64,000 nucleotides of DNA from Styela clava (taxonomy: Eukaryota), in NCBI RefSeq assembly GCF_964204865.1, contig NC_135250.1, forward strand, positions 5,580,001 through 5,644,000, written 5' to 3'. Positions 52,001-64,000 of the stretch are shown here, one piece after another. Numbering within the stretch: position 1 is the first letter of the stretch; the number at the start of each line of letters is the position of its first letter. The notes below the pieces were generated by a model. That model was not told the origin of the DNA. It ran no database searches and worked only from the letters and a program-made list of their open reading frames with translations. The translations under genes and the position numbers were made by a program.

Positions 52001-55000
52001 GGGTGTATTCACTTGGCTAACACAGACAGTCCCCGAACTCGTAATAGAACTAAAATAAGGAAAATTGTAATAAAATTATCGCGTAACCCACCGGTACACA
52101 CACAACGAGAGTACCCAACGTTTTTATATAGCATAAAAAGTGATTACATTTCCAATACAAATTCAAACGGTTCTCCAAAATCATGTTTCAGATTCAAGTT
52201 CATGAGTGTTATCTTTTGATTCAGCTTTGCCTACCCAATTTAATACACCCTGATTGTTTAGTACACCCAGATTGAAGTGTTGGACATGGAATTTGAATCC
52301 AATACTTATAACATGCAATTTCTAAGAATGTCACAGACAACAAGTCCGAGCATTTTCACTTACCAGTTTGTCCATTTGCCTCTTCATCCACGTCATCGTC
52401 TTCACCAATTTTCAAAAAAACTTCTTCAAGGGTTGTCATGGAAACACCGTAACTTTGAATATTCAATTCATCTTGACGTTTATCAAAGTCAGCAAATAGT
52501 TCTGAAAAATTAATTTTAGCAAAAATCGTTGAATATTAAATAGAGATGTGAACTGTAAAGGCTGTGAAGTCTTGAGTCGATACTGAAGTCAGGGTCATTT
52601 TACCAAACTCTAAAAATGATTCAAGTTCATGAAAATTTATCAATATACAATTAACGAAGGCTTGCATATGCCAAAGCTGTTGTCATCAAGGTTGACTGTC
52701 GTCAAATTTTCTCTGACTTCAAAGTCGGAGTCAAAGTTATAACGGAGGTCGAAGTTTAATCCGATGTTTAAATTGCTTTGAGTTTGGAGTCTGGTTTGAA
52801 TTTTCCAACCCAACAGTCCTGGCTATTACCCTTTCCTTACCTTCTATCCTATCAATCACTCTGTAATATCCAATTTAAGCAATGCTTTATATTTATGATG
52901 ACTTTGATCATTTTTATAAAGCAATACAGACTTCAATAATACAGTCAGAAATAAATAAAAAAATAGTACAATGTAAGGTAAAACCAGATCTAAGCTTGAG
53001 TTACCTGAAAATTTAGACACTTGATTTAATGGCAATGTATAAACATGTTCCATTCCAACAGATCTTTGCAATTGAGCATCATCAATGTGAGTATTCACAC
53101 AGGAACCAATTCTTGTTGCATCTTCTGGTGATTTTGATACAACGCTGAAAACAAAGATAATGTTATCAATTTGGATATAAGTAATAAATAAAGTAGTAGA
53201 TGGCTAGCATATCAAACCTGGGCTATCTTATTCTTGACCATACCAACCAAACATTGACCGTGCAAACTCAACATTGACCATGCTGATAAAACAATGACCA
53301 TGCCAATTAATCCTGAAGACAAGAAATAGACCATACCAACCAAACATTGACCGTGCAAACTCAACATTGACCATGCTGATAAAACAATGACCATGCCAAT
53401 TAATCCTGAAGACAAGAAATAGACCATTCCAACTTAACATTGACCATGCCGACCAAACATTAACCAAGCTGACCAAACACTGGTTGTGTTGACCAAGCTG
53501 GCAAAACAATGACCATGCCGACCATACATTGACCATGCCAAGTGCAGACCAAGTAAAAGTTATGCAGACCATTAGAAATAAGATCAAAGTCAAAATAGAC
53601 TACAAATTGTTCACCATCTCAACCAAATTTCATCGTTTTAACAACTTTAAATTTTTCTTACCCAAGATGATATCCGCAACCAAATCTATTCTTCAAAAAC
53701 AATGACGAGCCAACACATCTCAACTTCCCACAGGTAAGAATGGCTTTGCGATCTAAAAATAAAATATGATTAAGGCACTGCTTTTGAATTTGGAAGATGA
53801 AATGACTGCTTTTGTGGAATGTACAATGGTAGAAGAATCTGGACATTTTAGTTAGGTATAACACACTTGACCACAAGGCCAACGGGCTCTCCATACTCCT
53901 GTTATAAAAATTACGAAACATGGAATAAGTCTATTTATGGCTAACGATCACTATACCTGCAAGTATATCTGCTTCGTCCATAAAATGAGTAGTTAACAAA
54001 GTAACTCGATCCTCACGATGAGATCGGAGTAAATCCCAGAGTTTGCGTCGAGAATATGGATCCATTCCAGCTGTCGGTTCATCAAGAATAAGAATCTGAA
54101 AATTATGAAAAAAAAATCATTAGAAAGAGTTATTGCTCAATTTTCACTGATTAAAAATTTTCGGGTAATATAGAAACCTTGGGATCTCCTAATATTGCGA
54201 TTCCAACCGATAATTTCCGCTTCTGTCCGCCAGAAAGTTTCTTAGCAAATGTATCTCTCTGATCATGTAGTCCAACAACATTGATGACTCGTTCCATCTA
54301 CAAGTAGAATGAAATAAAAATAAAAATTGGGATTTATGCACAGTTATGGATTCGGAGAAAATTTACAATTGGTTAACTCAGACTCAGACTTTGGCTTATG
54401 CAAGTTATTTTATTAATAGACTGTTAAAAACTCTGAATAAACTCGATGCTTTTTTAGGTTTTGTTGAATTAAAAATTTCATTTATCATCACTAAAATTCT
54501 GTAACAACAACGGATTTATAATTTCGACCCCAACTTAGAATAAAATGAATAAAAGGGGCTCAATGCAGAGCCTTGTAGATCGTAAAATTTACAATTGACT
54601 GCGGGTCAGTGTTGAAGAAAATTGGGGTTGAATAAAATTTGTTCAGACTCAGTGTTGTAAAAAATTTTTAGGCCGACAAGAGCCTCCAAGAAAATGAACT
54701 TTTTTAATCAACACTGAAATCTCACAAATATGCCTCTGACAAATTCAGAATTTTGACCCAACTAGTCAGAAAATACAATCCCGGCTCTGACCCAATGAAA
54801 TCCTGAATCCAGCTCTGGCGCTATGACAGGCAATTTGACTTGCTGATTGGGGTGGTCGACAACAATAATTTGGCAAAGTGATCCATTGGAGACTTTTGAG
54901 TCTAAAAACAACTATTATACCTCGGCCACAGCCTCTTCTCCAGTGTATCCTTTGAGCCCAGCAAAAACTTCTAAATGTTCTTTCACAGAAAGAAAATCTA

Positions 55001-58000
55001 ATAAAATATCATGTTGCGGACAAACTCCAGTCATTCTGCGTATTTCTTCCATGTCATCTAAATTTTTTACATCGTATCCATAAACCGATGCTGATCCTGA
55101 GGTCGCAGGGACAAAACCTGCAAAAAAGCAGCTATTAGACAAATACAATTTACAGCATACAGTACAGTTGCGGAGACTCTAAAAAATACCTAGAGTCATG
55201 TTGCTCAATGACTAAGTTACTTGAGTGAACTGACTGAACCCATACTCAGCTAAACTCCAGAAGGACTTGACTTGGGACATAGAAAAAAGTTTTGTCTAGC
55301 TAGTCTTTAAAAATGCAAATTCCTGTAAATTAGGTCGGTTTAAAGTAAGATGGAAATTTTCATGTTATCGTGTATATGTGACTCTGGAATTCAGCATTTG
55401 TGACTTGGCTTTATGCTCTGCATTTATAGACTTCAACACTAAGTATAATAACAGTTATCGATCGGCAGATTAAAAACGTGACACAAACAAAGAATGGTAC
55501 TCCTGTATTATGTGTACCAGGTTTGGGTTAGGCCATAATTTTATTTCTATTTTCCTTATTTTAGTTCTATTAGGAGTTCAAGGACTGTTTGTGTTAGCCA
55601 AGTGAATATACCCCCTGCCCATGGGTTTCCATATCTTTACACAACTTGATGTAAAATAGAAGAACAAAATTAGTTACATCCATATTGGTACATACTTCTA
55701 GAGCGCCCAAAAAAAAGGTACAAAAAAAATTATAATTTCATACCTGTAAGAATATTGAAGATAGTGGTTTTCCCAGCTCCGTTGTGGCCAAGTAAAGCCA
55801 TAATTTGACCTTTGTATATATCGAGACTGAACCTTTGAACTGCAACAGTAGACTTTGATGACTGACCAAAGATTGCAGATTTTTTAAAAACTTTTCTTAT
55901 GTTTGACATGCTGTATTATAAAACGATATAAACGATTTTCACATAAAATAAAACAAAATGATTATTTTGACACTAAGAAAATCTACGTTCAGATAATAGG
56001 CTCTTTTAATGCTCCATTTTGCTTTTTATTTTGATTTCAAAAACCGTGTATAAATTTAGCAAAATTAGCAAAACCATAATCATGAAATTTTACTTCGATA
56101 ACATGATTTTCAATTTAATTTATTCATTCCTTTCGTAACAAACAAGGCGGCCACTGATATCTAGCGATGTGTAAAATGCTACTATTAGTGAAAGGACCAA
56201 TATCTACAGCACTGCTTATCCAATTTATCACACCTTTTGTGAGGTGATGTGGATGGGATTTAAACAGAGATATGTAACAGTTAAGTTTAAACCATTAACT
56301 GACATGATTTATCTGAAAAACCAGAAAAAATTGGGACGACTTTATAAAAAAACAATAGGCTAATTTACAGATGCTGTCAACCTACTTTTTTCCTAGCTCA
56401 GCTAGAATTTCTGATTCCTTGCTAATGCCAATTGTTGCTATAGCAACTGGATAAAATTTGAAAAAAAAACTTACGAAATAGCTTCATTGCCAATCTGGTC
56501 TGGTGACACAGGTTCAAAGTCATGTTGTGAATATCCCTCGAATGGTTCCCCGCTCGTTGAACGTCTCGATAATGCACGATCACGAGACAAACCTCGTTGA
56601 GATCGACTCCAATATGAGGGTTTGAAACAAAAGAAAGGTGATTTGCGTTGACCATATTCCCCTGAAAATATAGAATGCGATTTTCATATTTATTCTAGAA
56701 AGAGACAATTTAATCATATGTTGAAAGTAGAGCATAGAAAAGTAGTATTCTATTTTCGAATGAGAATGTTCCGATTAAAATATTTCCGAATTTGATTGCA
56801 TGATTGGACTAACTACAGGATAAATTGGGATTAAATTATTCTAATAAACCAAAGTATGAATAAAGTTAGCAGAAAAAATATGATTCTTTCAAAAATTCAC
56901 ACATTCAAATTCTGAAATTGCTTCAAAGTGATGTGGATTCTAAACTTAATCCACAGCCAAATTCAGGTAGTGAAAAAACAGGTAACATTTACGGTATGAT
57001 GCATACACTTTGCTTGTGAAACAAGCCATGGGAAGACCAACTGTTGTGTAAACCAACCTACGACGCTGAGAAGCTCGTATGTTTTCTGATACTGAGCAAA
57101 GTTGCTTATACAGAGACCTATTTAAGCGCAAAGGGCCATCAAAATATAGAATAAAAATAAAATTTGTCTGTGAAACAAAGAGTAGGCACATGCACATGAA
57201 TTTTAGAATAATAGGTTCAAAGCAATAAATAATAACAAACCTGGAACCACACTATCAAGATATAAGGTCAAAAAAAAATAGAGAAAAATATCAACAATCA
57301 TCATAACAAGTCCAATATAAAGAGGTTTTGGTCCTTCTGCAATGTTGTAAAAATGAGCTCCTTGGCCGGTAACTTCGAACAGGAAAACCTATTATGATAA
57401 AATATGAATTTTATTATAATCAGCTTCTTGACGCTCCAAACAGCAGCCACTGATATAAGAGTAGCTATTATTTTCTGGAAGAACCACAAACTTTACGGTT
57501 CAACATTGCCTAAACAATTTATTACACCCTTGGTGAGGTCGTATACTCCACTTAGTAATATTGCATTACATATTTAGGCGCTCCAGAAGTGTGTGTACCA
57601 ATATGAAAGGTAACTAATTTTGTTCGCCTACATTACATCAAGTTGTGTGAAGGGACTATTCGAACTACACAAAATCCAGATTGCGCGTTACTAGGTAATG
57701 GTCTAATAAAGCGTTTTTATGTGTAGTTAGGAAGAATTAAGAGTTGCAAATTGCAATATATGCAAAGGAAGGATGTTATTTTCACAAAGAAGAATTCATA
57801 TTTCATTTCAATCAAACTTTACGGTTATAAAGATGTGTACTCTTCAAAAATCAATTGAAATGAAATTTTTTCATAATTTCTAAATTTAGGACGAATTTGG
57901 ATAAGTTGTAAAAATATTAAAACACTCATCTTCAGTAGCTAATTCTGTTTAATGTGATATAAAAAAAGCGATAAAAAACATCAAACGTCCAAAAGGGTAC

Positions 58001-61000
58001 AAAATAAACCTATTCTATTGTTACAATTATTTACATATCGTAAAAGCATTTCTATAGGTGAAAAGTAAAGGACGTAATATAATTTTATAAACTCTTTTGT
58101 GAAAAACATCAAACGAATAAAAAGGAACAAAATAAATCTATTCTATTGTTATAATTATTTGCATATCATAAAGCATTTCTATAAGTGAAAGTAAAAGACG
58201 TAATATAATTTTATAAAATCTTTTGTAAAAATTAGAAAAAATTTGAGTTTTGATTTAAGTTATCTTACTAACTGAAAATTTATACCCAGAATATAAGAAA
58301 ATCAGAAATTTGATTTCTCTCTTTTTTTCTAATAATAATATGATACAATAGAGTAATATTGAAAAGCAATGGATGCTATTAAACTTTAAAAAATGAGAGT
58401 TTAAGACAGTTATTTCACCGGGTAAAACTTCATACTCATTGCCATTGTCAGATATCAGACTGGAGCAATTCTATTTGAGTTGAGACATTTTTTCACAAGT
58501 TTTAATTTTTACTTTTTATGAAAACTTGCTCCTAAAAATTTTAAATCTTACCCTAGAACAGTCAAAATTTTGGAGAAAATATTTACAAAAATAAAAAATA
58601 GGACAAATGTGTAGTAAATATACCTATAAACCAAGAGATCATTAAACTAATAAAAAATGACATACCAAGAATAAAAGGCATCATAAAATATCATTGTAGT
58701 TAGGCACTAAGCGGTATCATGTATTGTCTGATTTACACGATTTGTTTTAAACAGATTGCAAATATTTACTCATTGAGATGAGCTAGGTTTTTTTTTCAAA
58801 GCAAGAGAGTAATGTTTAAATATAGGTTTTATAATAAATAAATAAAAACAGATTTTTCATGCCCCAGAAATACGCCCCAACAAATAATAACAGTGATTTA
58901 GAAAAACAATTCGCATGCACTTCGTGTTCAATTAAACAACTCGAAACTCAAATATAAGATTGAGACTGCACCAAACTTTATTGTAATTCAATTTGGAAAC
59001 TGAACAATGACAGAAGAAAGTTTATTAACATATTCGGATATAGGTTTCATTAAACAGACAAAAAACATTCATGTTATGTGTAATTTAATTTTCAAATGAT
59101 ATGAGTCACTACATTACAGTAAGAGGAAATTTAGTTGGAAATATTCAACAAATTTTCTCCAAATCAGGCTCTGAACAAGTGTACTTGGTGTACATGACAA
59201 CTGCTATGATTACAAAAGTCTGAATGTGGACAGCATTATAGTACAGCAGTACAGCATTACCCGCCCAAGTTATGTCCAAATGAAGGGACGTGGTGGGTAT
59301 GAGCAATCCTGTACTAGGTTTAAAATCTTATTTAGCCGCCAGTCCAGAGGTTCCCAGAGCGGCGTCCCGAAATTTAACAGAATTGTGTTAAACATAACTG
59401 ATATGTGATTGAATAATTTACATATTGTATTTATCAAAAATATTTTATTGTTTCTTGTTTTTAATGCCGTGTATATGAATAAATAAATTCATTCTCCTTT
59501 TATGGGTTGTTCACTTTCTGTTACTTAGTGTCCGTCTAAAAAAAGTTTTTTTGGGGTGGGTGGGATGCACGAACAAAATGTTTGCGAACTGCTGCGCTTG
59601 TCCAATGCCTCTTAACCAGTGAAGCACTCATTATTTTTAGAGGTACAAGAATGTTGAGTCATAAAGTTTGAATAAAATATACACAATCATGGTCTTTAGA
59701 CAGGCATAGCACAGTGGGAAAAACAACAAAATTACTAATTAGCATGTAATACCAACTAGATCCAATATTAGGGTATGTAGTGTTAAATACACAAAAAATG
59801 AAAAATCATGTAATAGTTTGCTATTTACATATTAGAACAATTTTTTTTCAAATATTTTTAGAATGGCGATGCGAGAAACAATGATTTCAAATTGCGAAAG
59901 GAAAAAAAGAGTCAAGAACGATTGAAAGGATGCTGAAAAAAATGGCAGTCTGCGGCAGTTACCACTTGACTCAACGTTGGTTCCATATACCTCACATGAT
60001 TTACATGATCTCAATATCACATGACTTGTGGGTTCGGGTAGGGTACCACAAATCATGTGACTTTTAGTTTTTACCAATATAATAAAAATGAATTTCTCAA
60101 TAAATCAGTATTAAATCAGTTACATACACATATAAACTTCATCTGAGAACAATTTTGAAGGAGAATTATTTATTTTGTTATTTTTTATATGGCACTAATT
60201 CCAAACAAAGCTCTCTACAAGAAGCCAATGATATCTAAAGATATAAGAAGCGACTATTTTTGTAGGAGCCAGAATCTATCTGATTTGATATTCCCTACCC
60301 CAGCAGTTCCAAAATATGTACAATATTCAATCATATATTAGTTATATGCATAACACCATTCTGTTGATTTTCGAGGTGCACTCAAAACCTTGCAAATTGA
60401 GGTGATGGTCATAAGATTTGGAGTCTGAAAAACTTTTAATAACTACGCCATCAGAACCAAGTACACTGCACAGCAAAATCATATTTTGTGCCAATTTCGA
60501 CTTCGTTAAATTTATAAACAGTAACGTAATATTTCACTCACTCTAATTTTATTCCACTCTAACTACTTAGCCATCAGATTTTACTCAAATTAGGGTTAAT
60601 TTCTAATGTTAATATTCTAATAATAAATAAACTTGAATACTAAAAAACATTGCAATATTAAACTCCATTTCAGTAACTACAAAAAGTAATAAACCAAAAC
60701 CCACCTTCCCCATCGCGAATGAAAAAGCTGTAGGAGAGAGTAGAGAAACTGCCCAAATGGCAGGTTCAGGAAAATCGCCTGCTAGTTGGATTGCGAGAAA
60801 CACAAGCGACATAATAATGGAAATAAATCCTCCAACAGCTCCTGCTGTTCTAGCTTTACTGAAGAATGGTGTGAGCATGAATCCAAGCATTTCCTAGAAA
60901 TATAAAGAGTGAAATTAGTGATGATTTCTTCGACTAATAATTTGACCACAATAATTTTGAGTGCATTGCGAAATATCAATTGCGTTATGTGTATTTCTGA

Positions 61001-63884
61001 ACTTTCCATAAAATGATGAAATTTTTAAAATTAACATTGAGAGGGAGAAGAGGATACTCAGCCCCTATCGCATTAATTACTTGTTAGGGTTGATCGAGTC
61101 CTTGACTCGAGTAGAACTGGACTTATGTGACGTCCTCAATAATGAAGACGTGAAGTGACTTTAGGTTATCTAGGAATGGATGTTTCCCTGTGGCACGTGG
61201 TCGTAGATTAATAAAAATAATGATTTCGAGCATGTAAATCAGTTTGTAGGTGTGAACTCTCCAAAACACACGCAACATAGCATATGCAAAAGTTTGCAAT
61301 ATTAAAGTATAGAAAGAATTTTGTTGGGGTCAAGGGTCGGGGAAACATCCATAGGAATCGCCACTAACTAACTTTCAGTGAGAATTGACTCCATGGTTGA
61401 CCTGACTCCAACTAAACCTGACCATTAACTATGGGAAGAAACCTTATTGAAAAATGTTCATTCAAATTTAAACAGCACTCACTCAATCACTCATAATCCC
61501 TCACGATTCAGGAGTTATAATGAAAGAACTCACAATTCTAAGTTCGTATATGAAAATATATTTAAAGAGCACTCACTCAATCACCTGTATTCTCATATTA
61601 CTCAAAGTAATAATAAAACAACTCACGATGCTAAGTCCGTAGATAAAAAAGAGGAGAAAGACAAGAAAAAAATTGCTGAGTGGAAACAAATTCCCAAAAT
61701 ATCCAATGAGTGTCATAACTAAGGTCATCACAAACAACGATGCAACATAAACCGTTCCCCACGAAAACCTGCAGAAAAAAATAAATGCGTAGGACAGTAG
61801 GTCACAAATTACTCTAATTTGGATTGACCAGAATCATTTCATATTGCGTTACACCTTAATTAAACGCAGTCACTAGTTTTTGAAAATAGCCGTTAATTTT
61901 GCTGTGATATGAAAACGAATAAAAATTCGTTGAGCTTACGAAAATCCTATTCGAATACTTGATTAAACTTACCAATAAGCAAGATCACTGAGTCCCATCA
62001 TTTTCATCCCTTCCTTGATCTTCTTTTCCTTTTCATAAACAACGAAAACTAACAAGAAACTGGAAAAGTATAAGAATATGAAAGTTTATCACTAAGATTA
62101 TGCCAGTAACATGTAAGTAACATATTTAAAACAAGACAAATCGTTAGAACGACACGTCCGTGACATGTAACATATTCGAAACAAAACAACAATAAATCTC
62201 ACCCTCTTTTCTTGTGACCATTTCAAATTAATCATATTATTCTAAACCACTGGTTCTCAACTGGGCAACAGAAACAGTTTCAGGTGGGCCACAAATCAAT
62301 TAAAAAGGGCTAGACTTATTGATAAATTAGTTAAATTCGATTGTATTAGAAATGAATTATAAAGCTGTTTTTGGAAACTAAATAGTGATTTGTCTATCTA
62401 TGTAAGGAGTCCATCTATTTTTTTTTGTTTTTCTTGTAGTTTATCCCTTACATGAGCAAGGTAATGGGCCATAGATTATTTTTGTGCAATATAAGTGGGC
62501 CATGAAATAAAGGGTTGGGAAACACTGTTCTAGACTATCATTTTTACTCACGTTAAAAACGGTCCCATTGCTATAACGAGGTACAGAGGCCCAATGATAA
62601 GGAAAGCATCAGTGTTTGAAAGAGTTGCATCTTTTGGCATTATTCGAGCTGATATTGTCGTTGAGGTAAAGTTCGGATCAATTGTCTGAAGAATTATTAA
62701 AATATTTTAGATTTCACAACCAAGAATAAAATAACATAATCCCAAATCGCACTTTAATAAACTTTGAAAACTTAGTAGCTAAAAATTAAAAAAAAATTTT
62801 TGAAGATTTTCGTTTACAATTTAAAAGATCAAAGACAATCAATTCTCCACATTCAATTTTTAACAGTGTATATCATTCAAAAATAGGAGTCTTGTCAACT
62901 TCCAGCAGGCTTTTAAAATCTGATTTAATTCACTAAATTTAAAATATGATAATGCATTGCCCAAAATACAAAAGAAAATGTTGATTATAAATTAGCACCC
63001 CAGGTAATAAAGTGTTACAAAAATATCTATAATTCATGAAAGGACTGCCTTCACCTTTGCAATCATTGTATCAATGACCATCTGTAAACCGGCAAATCCA
63101 GAGAAAAGATAATTATTTGCTGGACATTGAAACGTGTCGCTTCCATTTCCTTGCCTACAATTTGCTGCAAAAACAATGATATTGTTAGTTTATTTTCTTC
63201 AAATGGTATTTTGCAAGATGAAATGTTTTTATCGCCTTTCCTCTCCCCAATGATAAATATGAAAATCCTATTCTATCTTACACTGTGAATATAGATGCGC
63301 TTGAAGTTTATTGTAAATTTAGTCTATCATAAAAGACAAAAATATGGTAGAGTATGTGTAACAGATTTTCTTGCTAATAAAAGCTATCTAACATTTTGCA
63401 ACATTTCGGCTGATTATTACAATTTTCGAAACGACAACTTCAAATTCCAACTCCAGAGAATTTGAAAATATGACTAAAGCTTGAGTGGGATTGTGAGCAC
63501 ATGTCAAAACTTGATTGTGACCTCACAGCCCTTGATATAACCACATTTTACCATGCATAAATGAAGTAAAAAACAATTTAAAAGACAACACAAAATCAAT
63601 CGAAATAAATTGATTTGAAATTCCTTCCACAGGCAAAAAAAGAATACAAGCAAAAAGGCTTATTATATAATTAGACACAGTTAGTCCAAAATCCTTTTTT
63701 TTTTCAAAGTTTTCAAATTTCAAAAAATAAACATACATTGTGAAAGGTCTACGAAGCTATCACCAATTCTCCCGAAAGGAAATCGAAGAGCATATTGTCT
63801 AATCGTAGAATTTTGAAATAAAATTCCAACTGTTGTCCCTTGTTCAACTGATGTCAGATTTTTATAAGCTGTATCCATTGCCGC
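37029..63884 (-). CDS. ABCA5: ABCA5-like ABC transporter, copy B, coding exons 4-38 including stop; exons 1-3 lie right of the window
   Basis: Exons: 63737-63884, 63055-63164, 62552-62685, 61973-62059, 61627-61768, 60705-60893, 57241-57388, 56475-56661, 55744-55910, 54921-55117, 54178-54297, 53957-54095, 53662-53752, 53005-53144, 52364-52501, 49445-49575, 48595-48715, 47989-48120, 47333-47475, 46228-46372, 45580-45692, 45263-45433, 44848-44961, 44287-44424, 43773-43957, 43378-43504, 42952-43062, 42314-42442 (GPNGAGKTT), 41801-41872 (GYCPQ), 41222-41322, 40348-40518 ([33 protein letters not shown]), 39659-39778 ([12 protein letters not shown]), 39306-39462 ([13 protein letters not shown]), 38097-38261 ([13 protein letters not shown]), 37029-37130 (VFLRFAKEQ...KRK*). 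All phases join without stops. The RKLCFA.SMLGNP and EEYSFSQ.TLEQVF motifs resemble the ABCA5/6/8/9/10 group. Confidence 0.94.
37216..37423 (-). mobile_element. Merlin-like MITE, subfamily 1
   Basis: Family match; perfect 8-bp TSD CAAGCAAT. Confidence 0.85.
37600..38070. repeat. Tandem repeat, ~4 units of 100-130 bp, in the last ABCA intron
   Basis: TGGCTATTCCTGTACC..ATATGTGAAC recurs at ~37601, 37731, 37832, 37955. Confidence 0.85.
39023..39255 (-). mobile_element. Merlin-like MITE, subfamily 1
   Basis: Family match with a small internal duplication. Confidence 0.75.
45847..46115 (+). mobile_element. tRNA-derived SINE
   Basis: Head GCGGTGTGGCGCATCATGCTAAGC; body homologous to 22975-23210 and 18100-18273; B-box segment deleted. 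Confidence 0.65.
46459..46645 (+). mobile_element. Merlin-like MITE, subfamily 1
   Basis: Family match GGCGCTCCAGAAGTGTGTGTAC...CCTGGTACACAC. Confidence 0.75.
47038..47241 (-). mobile_element. Merlin-like MITE, subfamily 1 (one end clipped)
   Basis: Reverse-orientation family match. Confidence 0.75.
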
Positions 63885-64000
63885 CTGTCGAAAAATATAA
63901 TAAAAGTATCAAACAATATCAAAATAATATAAGTATCAAAATATCGATGATGCTGGCATGTACCAGTTCAAAAAACGACGCTCAAGAAGTATGTGTACCA
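48213..64000. repeat. Segmental/tandem duplication, copy B (matches 1-16235)
   Basis: Same-orientation near-identical copy; duplicated ORF-track entries confirm it. Confidence 0.97.

Overview
AT-rich, intron-rich animal genomic DNA. The compact genes, dense MITEs and chordate-type gene structure suggest an invertebrate chordate such as an ascidian (inference only). The ORF track is mostly noise, so gene models were built by hand from GT-AG junctions and reading-frame continuity. (1) Two head-to-tail minus-strand copies of a full-size ABCA5-like ABC transporter lie ~47.8 kb apart. Copy A shows coding exons 1-20 (18888->669) and runs off the left edge. Copy B shows exons 4-38 (63884->37029) and runs off the right edge. 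The composite CDS is 5118 nt (~1705 aa, 38 coding exons). The copies differ by a few percent plus indels, except for a ~5.3 kb near-identical tract. (2) A 6-exon, 211-aa secreted divergent lipocalin (ApoD-like cysteine pattern), not recovered by the ORF track, lies at 24639-27666 (+), head-to-head with copy A, and carries an extra symmetric exon. (3) An unexplained ~5 kb repeat-structured AT-rich block lies at ~28-33 kb. (4) There are many non-autonomous elements: GG..CC/8-bp-TSD (Merlin-like) MITEs with TAACCC motifs, hAT MITEs (one present in only one gene copy), a 1.4 kb hAT-type element and tRNA-derived SINEs. No rRNA, intact tRNA or CRISPR was found.
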